IMG/VR virus record: IMGVR_UViG_3300029925_000021
Coordinates: 1 to 64,000 of that record
Direction: 5' to 3' (one strand)
Source: an uncultured virus (IMG/VR IMGVR_UViG_3300029925_000021)
Taxonomy: Duplodnaviria > Heunggongvirae > Uroviricota > Caudoviricetes
Length of the DNA stretch: 64,000 bases
The notes below the pieces were generated by a model, which was not told where the DNA came from, did not search any database, and saw nothing but the letters and a program-made list of their open reading frames with translations. Positions 33,685 to 42,434 of this stretch are shown here, piece by piece. The position numbers and the translations under genes are program-made. The stretch's first letter is position 1; each line of letters starts with the position of its first letter.

Positions 33685-36025
33685 GGTCTTACAGGATTAT
33701 ATTTTTACTTCAAAGTACGCAAGATGGATCAAAGAAGAACAACGTAGGGAGACGTGGAGAGAGGCAGGAGACAGAGTTAAACAAATGATGCTAGATAAGT
33801 ATTCTGGCATGGGTATAGACGATGACATAGAGTGGGCCTACGACATGATGCGCAAGAAGCGTGTGTTGGGGTCGCAGAGAGCGTTACAGTTCGGCGGCAA
33901 GCCAGCCTTAAAGAAGAACGCTAGAATTTTTAACTGCGTAGCTTCGTACTGTGACAGACCGAAGTTCTTTCAGGAATTCTTTTGGTTATTACTGTGTGGT
34001 TGTGGCGCAGGATTCTCTGTGCAGAAACATCACATAGCTAAGCTGCCAGAATTCAACCCGTTCAGAACTGGTCAACGTAAGAGGATCATGGCCATAAGAG
34101 CTAAAACACACATTATACCAGACACAATAGAGGGATGGTCAGACGCACTAGGTATCCTACTTGCTACATACTTTGACTGTCCACCAGAGGACAGGTTTGA
34201 AAAGTGGCGTAACAATGAGGTCAAGTTTGACTACTCTAACATTCGTGCCAAAGGAGCAGACCTAAGTAGCGGAATTGGTAAGGCTCCAGGACCAGAGGGA
34301 CTAAGACAAGCATTAGATAAGATACGTGAACTACTAAACAGATGTTGTGCAGAGGGACGCCAAAGGTTGAGACCTATTGATGCATTTGACATTTGTATGC
34401 ATACTGCTGACGCAGTGCTTAGCGGTGGCGTAAGACGGTCTGCTACCATTGCCTTATTTTCAGTAGACGATAAGGAAATGGTGCAGGCTAAGACTGGTAA
34501 CTGGTGGCAAGAGAATCCCCAACGGCAACGAGCTAACATTTCTGCTCTACTCATAAGGAATCAGACTACTAAAGAACAATTTGCGGAATTGATGGACAGT
34601 GTTAAGCAGTTCGGAGAGCCTGGGTTCTATTGGTCTGACTCACCAGAGATGGTTCCTAATCCTTGTGTGGAGATAGGGTTCTTTACCTATGATATCATCA
34701 ATGAGAAGAAGTTTCTCAAATGGAAAGAGAATCATGGATGTGAGGCTATTATAGGAGACCCAGAGAAAATCGGTCTCAGGTCTGGATGGCAGGGATGTAA
34801 TCTATCTACTACTAACTGCGCAAATCTCAAGGGAGATACGATAGAAGAGAAGATAGCTTGGTTCATGGACAACGTGAAGGCTGCTACAATACTGGGGACG
34901 CTACAAGCTGGGTTTACCGAACTAGATTATCTGGGTGAGACCTCGGAGAACATTTTCCGCAGGGAAGCTCTACTAGGGGTAAGTATGACGGGGATGATGG
35001 ACAATCATGCTGTCGTACTCGATCCAGAGGTACAAAGAAAAGCCGCATCTTTAGTTAAGAAGGTCAACGCCAGTCTTGCAGCAAAGATCGGGATCAATCC
35101 TTTCGCTAGAGGCACATGTTTGAAGCCAGAAGGTACGGGGAGTCTTATTTTGGGGACGTTAGCTACGGGAATTCACTCGCATCATTATGTGCGGTACTTA
35201 CGTACTGTTCAGGCTAACACCGACGAAAAAACGTATCAGTACTTTAAGAAATTCAATCCTAACGCCTGTGAACCTTCGTTAACATCGGCTACTAAGACAG
35301 ATGACGTAGTGTACTTCCCCATTGAAGTACCAGATGGAGCTAAGACTAAGAATCAATTGCCTGCACTAAAGATGTTGGAGATAGTGAAGAGTACTCAACA
35401 GAACTGGGTGATGAACGGCAAGAGAAAAGAACGATGTACGATGCCGTGGATCGAGAACAACGTCAGTAACACCGTAACAGTAAGAGAAGACGAGTGGGAT
35501 GAAGTGACCAGTTATATCTTTAAGAACCGTAAATATTTTACGGGAATTACCTTGCTGGGGACTAGCGGAGATAAGGACTATCCACAAGCACCTTACTGTG
35601 CTGTATATACTTCAAGACAGATAGCGGCAGAGTACGGAGAGGCTGCACTGTGGACCTCTGGACTGATAGAGTTAGCTCTGAGGTCTTTTGATTCAAAACT
35701 ATACAATGCATGTATAGCTGTTATGACTCCTGATTACAGTCCTATGGACGATGGGACTCTAAGTATGTGTAAATCGTCGGACTTGCTTATAGCATCACTT
35801 CGTAAGGAATTCGTAGAGAGGTCTCATAAATTTGCTCATAAGTATTTCAATAGCGACTTTAAGAAACTGACCTACTGCATGAAAGACGTGTTTAATTGGA
35901 AACGATGGCACGATCTCAACTTATCTTTTACTTCCGTAGATTATACCCAGTTAGTTGAGCGTGAGGATAATACCTCGCCAGAACAACAGGTAGCGTGTGC
36001 GGGTGGAGCGTGTGAAATTGTCTAA
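33668..36025 (+). CDS. nrdJ: class II (B12-dependent) ribonucleotide reductase
   Basis: FNC; GCGAGFSV; GGVRRSA; NPCVEI; CNL; KPEGT; C-terminal CAGGAC. Confidence 0.92.
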   Translation: MSSATKVLQDYIFTSKYARWIKEEQRRETWREAGDRVKQMMLDKYSGMGIDDDIEWAYDMMRKKRVLGSQRALQFGGKPALKKNARIFNCVASYCDRPKFFQEFFWLLLCGCGAGFSVQKHHIAKLPEFNPFRTGQRKRIMAIRAKTHIIPDTIEGWSDALGILLATYFDCPPEDRFEKWRNNEVKFDYSNIRAKGADLSSGIGKAPGPEGLRQALDKIRELLNRCCAEGRQRLRPIDAFDICMHTADAVLSGGVRRSATIALFSVDDKEMVQAKTGNWWQENPQRQRANISALLIRNQTTKEQFAELMDSVKQFGEPGFYWSDSPEMVPNPCVEIGFFTYDIINEKKFLKWKENHGCEAIIGDPEKIGLRSGWQGCNLSTTNCANLKGDTIEEKIAWFMDNVKAATILGTLQAGFTELDYLGETSENIFRREALLGVSMTGMMDNHAVVLDPEVQRKAASLVKKVNASLAAKIGINPFARGTCLKPEGTGSLILGTLATGIHSHHYVRYLRTVQANTDEKTYQYFKKFNPNACEPSLTSATKTDDVVYFPIEVPDGAKTKNQLPALKMLEIVKSTQQNWVMNGKRKERCTMPWIENNVSNTVTVREDEWDEVTSYIFKNRKYFTGITLLGTSGDKDYPQAPYCAVYTSRQIAAEYGEAALWTSGLIELALRSFDSKLYNACIAVMTPDYSPMDDGTLSMCKSSDLLIASLRKEFVERSHKFAHKYFNSDFKKLTYCMKDVFNWKRWHDLNLSFTSVDYTQLVEREDNTSPEQQVACAGGACEIV

Positions 36026-36704
36026 AAGAACCACTAAGAGAATCAAATCTCCTTCTGCTAGAACGGAGAATCAAAAGACCTATGTTAAAGCTATACTAGA
36101 TAACGATATAGTTATATGTGAAGGTCCAGCAGGAACTGGTAAGACACACTTAGCTATAGGTCTAGCTATCTTTGCCTTCAAGAGAGAACTAGTAGACAGG
36201 ATAGTAATAGTGAGACCAGTAGTAGAAGCTGGAGAGCAAATAGGATTCTTACCAGGAGACATAGATAGTAAGATGGACCCATTCGTAAGACCTATCTTTG
36301 ATGAGTTAGCAGAGTACACTACTCCTATGGAAGTAGAAGAAATGAGAAAGAATAAACAGCTTGAGATAGTTCCTATTGCTTTTATGAGGGGTCGCACATT
36401 TAAGAACGCTTTCATAGTTTGTGACGAGTGCCAGAACTTAGGGTTTGAGCAGATGAAAATGATGCTTACTAGATTCGGTACGGACTCTAAAATGATACTT
36501 ACTGGGGACACTAAGCAGTCGGACCTTCTCATGCGAGACCGTGGAGCATTTCGCTACGCTTGTGAGGTATTTGGTTCTCAAGAGGGGATACAGGTAGTCA
36601 AGTTGGACCACTCTGACGTGCAAAGGCATAATTTAGTTGGGAAAATGACCAAATTATGGGAAAAGCACCTTGACAATTTCAAAAACCAGGGTACAATAAG
36701 GTAG
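35997..36704 (+). CDS. phoH: PhoH family ATPase
   Basis: GPAGTGKT; RP.VEAGE.IGFLPGD; MRGRTF; DECQN; TGD..QSD; start probably slightly downstream. Confidence 0.95.
   Translation: MRVERVKLSKRTTKRIKSPSARTENQKTYVKAILDNDIVICEGPAGTGKTHLAIGLAIFAFKRELVDRIVIVRPVVEAGEQIGFLPGDIDSKMDPFVRPIFDELAEYTTPMEVEEMRKNKQLEIVPIAFMRGRTFKNAFIVCDECQNLGFEQMKMMLTRFGTDSKMILTGDTKQSDLLMRDRGAFRYACEVFGSQEGIQVVKLDHSDVQRHNLVGKMTKLWEKHLDNFKNQGTIR
36670..36697 (+). promoter_or_regulatory. sigma70-type promoter
   Basis: TTGACA-16 nt-TACAAT. Confidence 0.65.
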
Positions 36705-36737
36705 ACGACGAAACTATTTTCGCACAGGACACAATAT

Positions 36738-37049
36738 ATGACAATCGGAGAAGACTTACTCGATCAGATAACCAGAGTACACGCCAATAGCAATATGAGA
36801 CCTAAGACTCAAGACCCCATGCTGGGGCTAGTCGAGGAAGTAGGAGAAGTGGCGACTGCCCTGAACGTAACTCGTCACGGCAAGGGTAAAACCCTGACAG
36901 AAAGCGCAAAACAAGAATGCGTTGACGTTATATTGTCTGCACTAGAGCTATTCTTTGACGAGGGTGGTACTGTGCCATACCTAGTTGAGTATATGAGTAT
37001 CAAGCAGAGGAAATGGGAGAGAAGACTAGACGAAAAGCGTGTTGTATAA
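36738..37049 (+). CDS. MazG-like nucleotide pyrophosphohydrolase
   Basis: EEVGEVA...ECVDV; K..KW. Confidence 0.85.
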   Translation: MTIGEDLLDQITRVHANSNMRPKTQDPMLGLVEEVGEVATALNVTRHGKGKTLTESAKQECVDVILSALELFFDEGGTVPYLVEYMSIKQRKWERRLDEKRVV

Positions 37050-37073
37050 CTTGGAAAGACATTTGGATTTAAC

Positions 37074-37655
37074 ATGACTAAACACGAACGAGCACTAATA
37101 TTAAACGCGGACTATACTCCGATAGGACTAGTTAGCTGGGAAAAAGCTATCACTTTAGACTTTAAGGGTCTGGTGAAGGTGGTAGATTTCTACAAGGGTG
37201 ACGAGATCAAGTGTTCTAGCGGGTTTCGTTGGCCAGTGCCAGCGGTTATAGTTCTAACCGAGTACAAGAGACCGAAGAAGAAGAGGATTCCGTTCTCCAG
37301 GAAGAACATCTTCATCAGAGACGGTCTAGTATGTCAGTACTGCAATAAGAGGTTTGATCCTTCTGATCTTACCTTTGACCACGTTGTTCCGAGGTCTAAG
37401 TGGAATGGCAGCGGTACTCCGACTCAGTGGAAGAATATTGTAACTTGTTGCTACCCATGTAACAACAAGAAGGGCAGTAAGCACCTAAAGGATACTGATA
37501 TGCAGCTAATGAACACTCCTAGAGAGCCTAATCCACATGGATTTGTACTAGGACTAGCTCCGTGGAGTAAATTGCAGCCAGAGTGGTTGCCGTACATTCC
37601 AAATAACTACAAAGAAATCATGCAAACTACAGATTTAGAAGGAAACGGTGTATAA
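37074..37655 (+). CDS. HNH endonuclease
   Basis: LILNADY; SRKNIFIRD...CQYC; TFDHVVPRS; NIVTCC..CN..KG. Confidence 0.92.
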   Translation: MTKHERALILNADYTPIGLVSWEKAITLDFKGLVKVVDFYKGDEIKCSSGFRWPVPAVIVLTEYKRPKKKRIPFSRKNIFIRDGLVCQYCNKRFDPSDLTFDHVVPRSKWNGSGTPTQWKNIVTCCYPCNNKKGSKHLKDTDMQLMNTPREPNPHGFVLGLAPWSKLQPEWLPYIPNNYKEIMQTTDLEGNGV

Positions 37656-37998
37656 ACCTATGCCCACATACCAATATATATGTGACTCAGACGACGGTGG
37701 ATGCGATAACGTAATCGAGTTCACCTGTCTAATGTCCGAAAAAGACGACAAGCAACCCAAATCCTGCCCTGCCTGTCGTAAGAGAAAACCCCTCCATCAA
37801 TTGTTCGGATGTGCAGAAGTTCACGTACACACCACACTAGGCGTTTATGCCGACAAACAATCCACCAAGCTAAGTGCAGATGAACGTCATCACCTTACGA
37901 ATAAGCATAACGAATATCGTAAGAGCGATGGACAACCATCTTTTGTGCAACAGTCTGATGGTTCGATTGTTCATAGAGACAAATTAGAAGGGAGATAA
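37648..37998 (+). CDS. FmdB-type zinc-ribbon protein
   Basis: MPTYQY.C...C...CPAC. Confidence 0.8.
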   Translation: MYKPMPTYQYICDSDDGGCDNVIEFTCLMSEKDDKQPKSCPACRKRKPLHQLFGCAEVHVHTTLGVYADKQSTKLSADERHHLTNKHNEYRKSDGQPSFVQQSDGSIVHRDKLEGR

Positions 37999-38001
37999 AC
38001 C

Positions 38002-38469
38002 ATGACCTGGGAACAAGATATGAAAAGAGGTCACATACAATCGGTTAAATCACTCAAAGACATACCTAATCGGTTCGACAGTATGCCAGAGAGAGAGTCT
38101 TGCAAGGAAGACGTAGAAATAGATAGGCTAATGCAACTTCCAGGTGATAAATTTCTCAAGGCTGGGAATATGGGTGTAACTACTGGAGAATCCAAGCCTC
38201 GCAAACGTCTATCGGAAGGTGTTCCAGTTCCAGATGGATACTACGAAGAAAACATAGGCTATGTTAGATTATTTTTCAAGAAAGAAGACCCACTGTGTCA
38301 ACTAGAAACAACATTAGTAAGGAAGCGCCGCACCAAGCTATTGTCTTGGTTAGGTACGAGAATTATCAACTGGATACGACGGGGCGCTGCACTGGTCGCC
38401 CTAGTACTGCGGAATCCAAAACATTTACTTTCACTGGCGCGACACATAAAGAAGCGCAAGAAAAAGTAG
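38002..38469 (+). CDS. hypothetical protein (C-terminus possibly read in another frame)
   Basis: GGGAG RBS; see finding on 38002-38507. Confidence 0.55.
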   Translation: MTWEQDMKRGHIQSVKSLKDIPNRFDSMPERESCKEDVEIDRLMQLPGDKFLKAGNMGVTTGESKPRKRLSEGVPVPDGYYEENIGYVRLFFKKEDPLCQLETTLVRKRRTKLLSWLGTRIINWIRRGAALVALVLRNPKHLLSLARHIKKRKKK

Positions 38470-38507
38470 ACGAATTTATAGAAAGGCTGAATACAAAAGA
38501 TGGCTAA
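38295..38507 (+). CDS. hypothetical protein or -1-frame extension of the 38002 ORF
   Basis: Natural-looking composition; stop overlaps ATG 38500. Confidence 0.5.
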   Translation: MSTRNNISKEAPHQAIVLVRYENYQLDTTGRCTGRPSTAESKTFTFTGATHKEAQEKVDEFIERLNTKDG

Positions 38508-38991
38508 GAGAAAATACGAAAGTGGTAGAGTAAACGTGAGAGACGCTGATAAGGCAATCTTTCGTCCTAACAGTCAAGTACAGGACGACTCTCCAGAACA
38601 GAATTTCAATACAGAGATATCTCGTGAGGTAGTGTGTTATACCATGTTTGGTAATCACGATTACATAGACGGGGACGACTATCCGATTCTTGGAGACTCC
38701 ACGGACGATAAGGGAGTGCAGACAGACGCAGAAAATAGGACTCTTTCCTTTGCTCGAACCGTCAGTACCAATAGTCGCAACCTAAAGTACTATGTTAAGA
38801 GTGCGGTAGGTGGCAAATTTTTCAATCCTTTAGGCATGGACGAAGGCAGACACAATAAGGTGCTCCATCATGCAATTGGAAACGAATTCACATATCACCA
38901 AGTAAACAAAAGTTCTTTTGATTACTATATTCAATTCTTGAAGACAAAGAACAAGGCGCATTTACTTAATGCAGAAAGAGAAGATTCGTAA
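38500..38991 (+). CDS. hypothetical phage protein
   Basis: Coupled ORF; FFNP...F..Y..FL.TKN...L..AER. Confidence 0.75.
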   Translation: MAKRKYESGRVNVRDADKAIFRPNSQVQDDSPEQNFNTEISREVVCYTMFGNHDYIDGDDYPILGDSTDDKGVQTDAENRTLSFARTVSTNSRNLKYYVKSAVGGKFFNPLGMDEGRHNKVLHHAIGNEFTYHQVNKSSFDYYIQFLKTKNKAHLLNAEREDS

Positions 38992-39563
38992 TGGCTAAAA
39001 AAGGTAAACTAAGCAACACGGATAAGATGGCTATCCAAAAGGGAGTGTCCAAGGGACTGACCGTAGACAGTATTGCTAACAGTCTAGATCGCACAACTAA
39101 GATAGTGGACAATTATATTAGCGGAGAGTTGAATGACCTACTGTCTACTATAGCTGGTGCTCAGATAGATAAGGACGAGGCACAAACTCCTGCCTCTTAT
39201 GATGAGTCTGATCTAAGTAAAAAGTATGACCACATAGACCCGCGTACTATAATACACGTAACTAATAAGCTTATTACGGCGGGACTTACCGAGAATGATA
39301 CTAGACAGCTTATAATCTCTGCTCTAGACAGTTCTAATGGCGATCCCAGTATGAATAACGACGAATTGTTATACACTAGATGTATATCTCGTATGAGTGC
39401 TGGCCACTTTATCACTAAGAAAACTCAGGGTGGTAGGGAAGGTGTGGCGATCATGTCTGAGGCTGCGTCTATCAGAGGAGATATGCACGCAAAGAAAAGC
39501 TTGGGTAACTCGCGTTCCTCACGAGGTAACGTGTTTAATCCGAAAACTGGAGAGTACATGTAA
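38991..39563 (+). CDS. hypothetical protein with N-terminal HTH-like segment
   Basis: GLTVDSIANSLDRT; GVAIMSEAAS..GD; TAATG coupling at both ends. Confidence 0.7.
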   Translation: MAKKGKLSNTDKMAIQKGVSKGLTVDSIANSLDRTTKIVDNYISGELNDLLSTIAGAQIDKDEAQTPASYDESDLSKKYDHIDPRTIIHVTNKLITAGLTENDTRQLIISALDSSNGDPSMNNDELLYTRCISRMSAGHFITKKTQGGREGVAIMSEAASIRGDMHAKKSLGNSRSSRGNVFNPKTGEYM

Positions 39564-39766
39564 TGTCGCAGCAGCCTTGCTACGAATATAAAGATACTCC
39601 AGAGTTCACAATAAATACACTTCTGGATAGTGGCAAATATCCACTTATGTATCACTATCAAGTAGACGGGAAGCCTTATACTTGTGCAGATATAGCCATA
39701 CGAAGGTGGGATACTATGCAGAGAAAGGAACGGGAGAGACTCTATGGGAAACGTATCGACTCCTAG
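39563..39766 (+). CDS. ERLYGK-array unit 1
   Basis: Ends RKERERLYGKRIDS. Confidence 0.8.
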   Translation: MSQQPCYEYKDTPEFTINTLLDSGKYPLMYHYQVDGKPYTCADIAIRRWDTMQRKERERLYGKRIDS

Positions 39767-39953
39767 CGTGAGTCAGTCATGGGCTCCTATTGCGAATCAG
39801 TATGACTGGATAGATCATTCATTCTCTACTAGAGAGCGTGAAGAAATATCTGCCGCACTTAATAAACGTTTGAAACGATGGGACCGTCGAGAGAAGAAAG
39901 AACAGGAGAGACTCTATGGCATCAAACCTATGGACTCCTATACCGTTAGTTAA
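39744..39953 (+). CDS. ERLYGK-array unit 2
   Basis: KKEQERLYGIK. Confidence 0.8.
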   Translation: MGNVSTPSVSQSWAPIANQYDWIDHSFSTREREEISAALNKRLKRWDRREKKEQERLYGIKPMDSYTVS

Positions 39954-40212
39954 TAATGCACCAGACGGAAAAGGTAACGGCCTTTCTAAGCTGGGTAATC
40001 AAGGTCCGTATGTTCAATACGCGAAGTTTCCCGTTCCCGTCGAGCTAGAATCTTTTATGACTAAGGTGCATATTCCAACATACGATATAAGTGATAATTT
40101 CAAATTTGTGCCACTCAAGAAAAATATGCTAACATCTGTTTCGTTTACTATGCGGCAGAATCGTAGAGAAGAAAAGGAACGGGAGCGTCTTTATGGCAAA
40201 CGCGACACGTAA
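39916..40212 (+). CDS. ERLYGK-array unit 3
   Basis: EKERERLYGKRDT. Confidence 0.8.
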   Translation: MASNLWTPIPLVNNAPDGKGNGLSKLGNQGPYVQYAKFPVPVELESFMTKVHIPTYDISDNFKFVPLKKNMLTSVSFTMRQNRREEKERERLYGKRDT

Positions 40213-40387
40213 TATTACAATGGACGATCACACTCAAATTGTGCGGTCTAAAGTAACTCTAAAAGACGACGGGAATCTACCCCGTAATGATGCTGAGTGG
40301 GATAAGATATTCGACGATATGAACAGAAGTACTCGTAGGTACTACAAGAATCGGGAGCGTCTATATGGCAAACGCTACACTAAATGA
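40193..40387 (+). CDS. ERLYGK-array unit 4
   Basis: YKNRERLYGKRYTK. Confidence 0.8.
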   Translation: MANATRNITMDDHTQIVRSKVTLKDDGNLPRNDAEWDKIFDDMNRSTRRYYKNRERLYGKRYTK

Positions 40388-40568
40388 TCTTATATGGGGA
40401 CCAAAGATAATCCCTATGCCTTTAGTACATACTGCCATAACCTTACCAGAACATGAAGCTCGTGTTAATCTTAGCATCTGGCTCGATAAGATAATGAACA
40501 CTCGTAATAGTTACTATAGAAGAAGAAGTCAAAAAGAACTGGAGCGTCTGTATGGCAAACGCATCTAA
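40365..40568 (+). CDS. ERLYGK-array unit 5
   Basis: QKELERLYGKRI. Confidence 0.8.
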   Translation: MANATLNDLIWGPKIIPMPLVHTAITLPEHEARVNLSIWLDKIMNTRNSYYRRRSQKELERLYGKRI

Positions 40569-40707
40569 TATACCAATTGCTGTATATGGACATGTTACCA
40601 ATACGGGTCATCTTATTCGTATGGTGAAGGTAGATGTGCATAAAAACTGTAGGGTAACAGCACGTAGAATAAAAAGAGAACAGGATAGACTTTATGGCAA
40701 ACAGTAA
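40552..40707 (+). CDS. ERLYGK-array unit 6 (51 aa, not in track)
   Basis: MANASNIP...KREQDRLYGKQ, translated by hand. Confidence 0.78.
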   Translation: MANASNIPIAVYGHVTNTGHLIRMVKVDVHKNCRVTARRIKREQDRLYGKQ

Positions 40708-40858
40708 TAAGCCACCAACCAAATCTGAAAATGCGAGGCGTGCCAAGCAACTTGCGCGTCAGTTGGAGAGAGCAAAGAATAGAGACCCTGTGAAGGCAAT
40801 GAAACGTAATTCACGTATGCTGATGAAAGAATGGGAGCGTCTGCATGGTAAACCATAG
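40694..40858 (+). CDS. ERLYGK-array unit 7 (54 aa, not in track)
   Basis: MANSNKPP...MKEWERLHGKP. Confidence 0.78.
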   Translation: MANSNKPPTKSENARRAKQLARQLERAKNRDPVKAMKRNSRMLMKEWERLHGKP

Positions 40859-41030
40859 AGACTTTCCATTAAGTATTTCCGCTAAGGCGAGAAGTTTACG
40901 GCTGCACACATCTATTATGCGTAGATGGAGATTAAAGAGAAAAGATGCTGAAAGACTATATGGTAAGGGTACTGCTCCAGTATTGAGTAAGCCTTTTGCT
41001 TTACGACTATCGAGGTATGTAAACCCATGA
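40845..41030 (+). CDS. ERLYGK-array unit 8 (motif internal)
   Basis: MRRWRLKRKDAERLYGKG plus a C-terminal extension. Confidence 0.78.
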   Translation: MVNHRDFPLSISAKARSLRLHTSIMRRWRLKRKDAERLYGKGTAPVLSKPFALRLSRYVNP

Positions 41031-41206
41031 TAACAGCAACAGATATACGTGTGAAACGTCAGTCAGCCATGATGCGACGGTGGCGCATAAAGAGAAAGAA
41101 CGCGGAAAGACTATACGGTAAAGGCTCAATTCCTAATCCTCGTAGAATCTTTGGTGGACGATTGAACATGGTTCGCACTATAAAGGACATATTCGGAAAA
41201 TGTTAA
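41027..41206 (+). CDS. ERLYGK-array unit 9 (59 aa, motif internal, not in track)
   Basis: MITATDIR...MRRWRIKRKNAERLYGKGSIPNP...; ATGA overlap with unit 8. Confidence 0.75.
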   Translation: MITATDIRVKRQSAMMRRWRIKRKNAERLYGKGSIPNPRRIFGGRLNMVRTIKDIFGKC

Positions 41207-41340
41207 ACAACAATAGTGCGTTGAGGTCTGCTATGTATGCGTTAAGACAGTCTTACCAAATAGTAGACAAGGCTACGAAAGCAAGGGAACGTAGAGAAAG
41301 AAAAGAACGGGAGAGACTTTATGGTAAGCAAGGCACATAA
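41200..41340 (+). CDS. ERLYGK-array unit 10 (46 aa, not in track)
   Basis: MLNNNSAL...RKERERLYGKQGT. Confidence 0.75.
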   Translation: MLNNNSALRSAMYALRQSYQIVDKATKARERRERKERERLYGKQGT

Positions 41341-41491
41341 CGATGCTTTTGACGCATTGATTCTTGCTGCGGCTAGAACGAAAGATTCTTGGGAATGTGT
41401 GACGAAAGCTATAAAGGTAATGAAGCGTGGCTTTGTAAAACTGGAACGTAAACGAATAAAGAATCAGGAGCGTCTGTATGGCAAACGTTAG
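41321..41491 (+). CDS. ERLYGK-array unit 11 (56 aa, not in track)
   Basis: MVSKAHND...IKNQERLYGKR. Confidence 0.78.
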   Translation: MVSKAHNDAFDALILAAARTKDSWECVTKAIKVMKRGFVKLERKRIKNQERLYGKR

Positions 41492-41627
41492 ATGGAATCC
41501 AGAACAATTCAAAGCGATTGATAAATACATGAAATCGTGTGTACGCAATTATGAAATACGTAAAATGGTTGATATACGTACAAAGAAGAAAGAAAGGGAG
41601 CGTCTGTATGGCAAACGTAACAGTTAG
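41478..41627 (+). CDS. ERLYGK-array unit 12 (49 aa, not in track)
   Basis: MANVRWNP...KKERERLYGKRNS. Confidence 0.78.
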   Translation: MANVRWNPEQFKAIDKYMKSCVRNYEIRKMVDIRTKKKERERLYGKRNS

Positions 41628-41790
41628 AATAGGTTCTACAATACCACATCCACAATCCGTACTTGGACTAGCTCAGCTTCCAGCACTAATAAGGTCCAAG
41701 AAAGACTTCGAAGTACTAAGAAGACATCAAATACAAATATGGCGTAAGCATTGGAGAGAGAAGGAGCGGGTGTATGGCAAAAGGAATTGA
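41608..41790 (+). CDS. ERLYGK-array unit 13
   Basis: MANVTVRI...WREKERVYGKRN; start at the junction ATG rather than 41539. Confidence 0.78.
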   Translation: MANVTVRIGSTIPHPQSVLGLAQLPALIRSKKDFEVLRRHQIQIWRKHWREKERVYGKRN

Positions 41791-41959
41791 TGTACATTAC
41801 AGCAACTGGAGCGTAGATGGCAAGTTGTATAAAAACGTTAACACCAAGATATATGCTCCATACGGACTAGATATGGTTCCTTACCTAAGTATGAGCCTTA
41901 AACAAATAAGAAAATGTAAGACAAATTGGGAGCGTTTATATGGCAAAGGAAGTAACTGA
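41774..41959 (+). CDS. ERLYGK-array unit 14
   Basis: KTNWERLYGKGSN. Confidence 0.8.
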   Translation: MAKGIDVHYSNWSVDGKLYKNVNTKIYAPYGLDMVPYLSMSLKQIRKCKTNWERLYGKGSN

Positions 41960-42434
41960 TAAATCAAGATACCCCTCCAAGTATAGCCCTAGCGAGTACG
42001 TCACTGGAGCACAGTACATCATCGAACTCGTGTGTGAGTACCGAGCTAGACATTTGAAGATAGACTTACCTAGACAATTCTGGAAGCTTCCAGAGTGGGC
42101 TAGTTATTTCTCTGCTCAAACTAGGTCTGTTCATAAACTATTAAGCAGTTTCGATGAAAGGGCCATAATAAATACAGTTAAAAATAGCAAGGTCAGGAGT
42201 TTACTGCCGAGGTGGATACCTTCTGCCGTGGCTAAGGAACAGAAAAAAATAGATGGAGCAAAAAAACAGAAAGAACAAGAAAATATCAACAAACCTAAGA
42301 GCAAGAAGGGTATAATAGATATACCGACGAGACGCACTGTCCACCACGGCACTTCTGCTATGGACAAGCTCTTAGCACTTGATATTGAGGCATACGAAAA
42401 TGGCAAAGAAGACTGCGAAGAAAAAAGAGACTAA
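41940..42434 (+). CDS. hypothetical phage protein starting at the last array junction
   Basis: YPSKYS...AQYIIE..C...LP..FW...W; lacks ERLYGK. Confidence 0.8.
   Translation: MAKEVTDKSRYPSKYSPSEYVTGAQYIIELVCEYRARHLKIDLPRQFWKLPEWASYFSAQTRSVHKLLSSFDERAIINTVKNSKVRSLLPRWIPSAVAKEQKKIDGAKKQKEQENINKPKSKKGIIDIPTRRTVHHGTSAMDKLLALDIEAYENGKEDCEEKRD

Larger units (their letters stand above)
39563..41959 (+). repeat. tandem array of 14 small ORFs sharing an (E/D)RLYGK junction motif
   Basis: Motif close to GGAG(CGT/AGA)CTNTATGGYAA with ATG at 39744, 39916, 40193, 40365, 40552, 40694, 40845, 40960, 41321, 41478, 41608, 41774 and 41940, plus a TAC variant near 41113. Confidence 0.92.

Noticed and set aside
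41539..41607. N-terminal extension of the unit-13 ORF given in the track
   Set aside because: It overlaps unit 12 in another frame; the GGAG-ATG junction at 41608 is the consistent start
39563..41959. Diversity-generating retroelement or integron
   Set aside because: No reverse transcriptase, TR/VR pair, integrase or attC-like palindromes are visible in the window
39720..41960. CRISPR array interpretation of the periodic repeat
   Set aside because: Repeats are degenerate mainly at synonymous positions and non-palindromic; spacers are ~100-250 nt, uneven and protein-coding; no cas operon is adjacent
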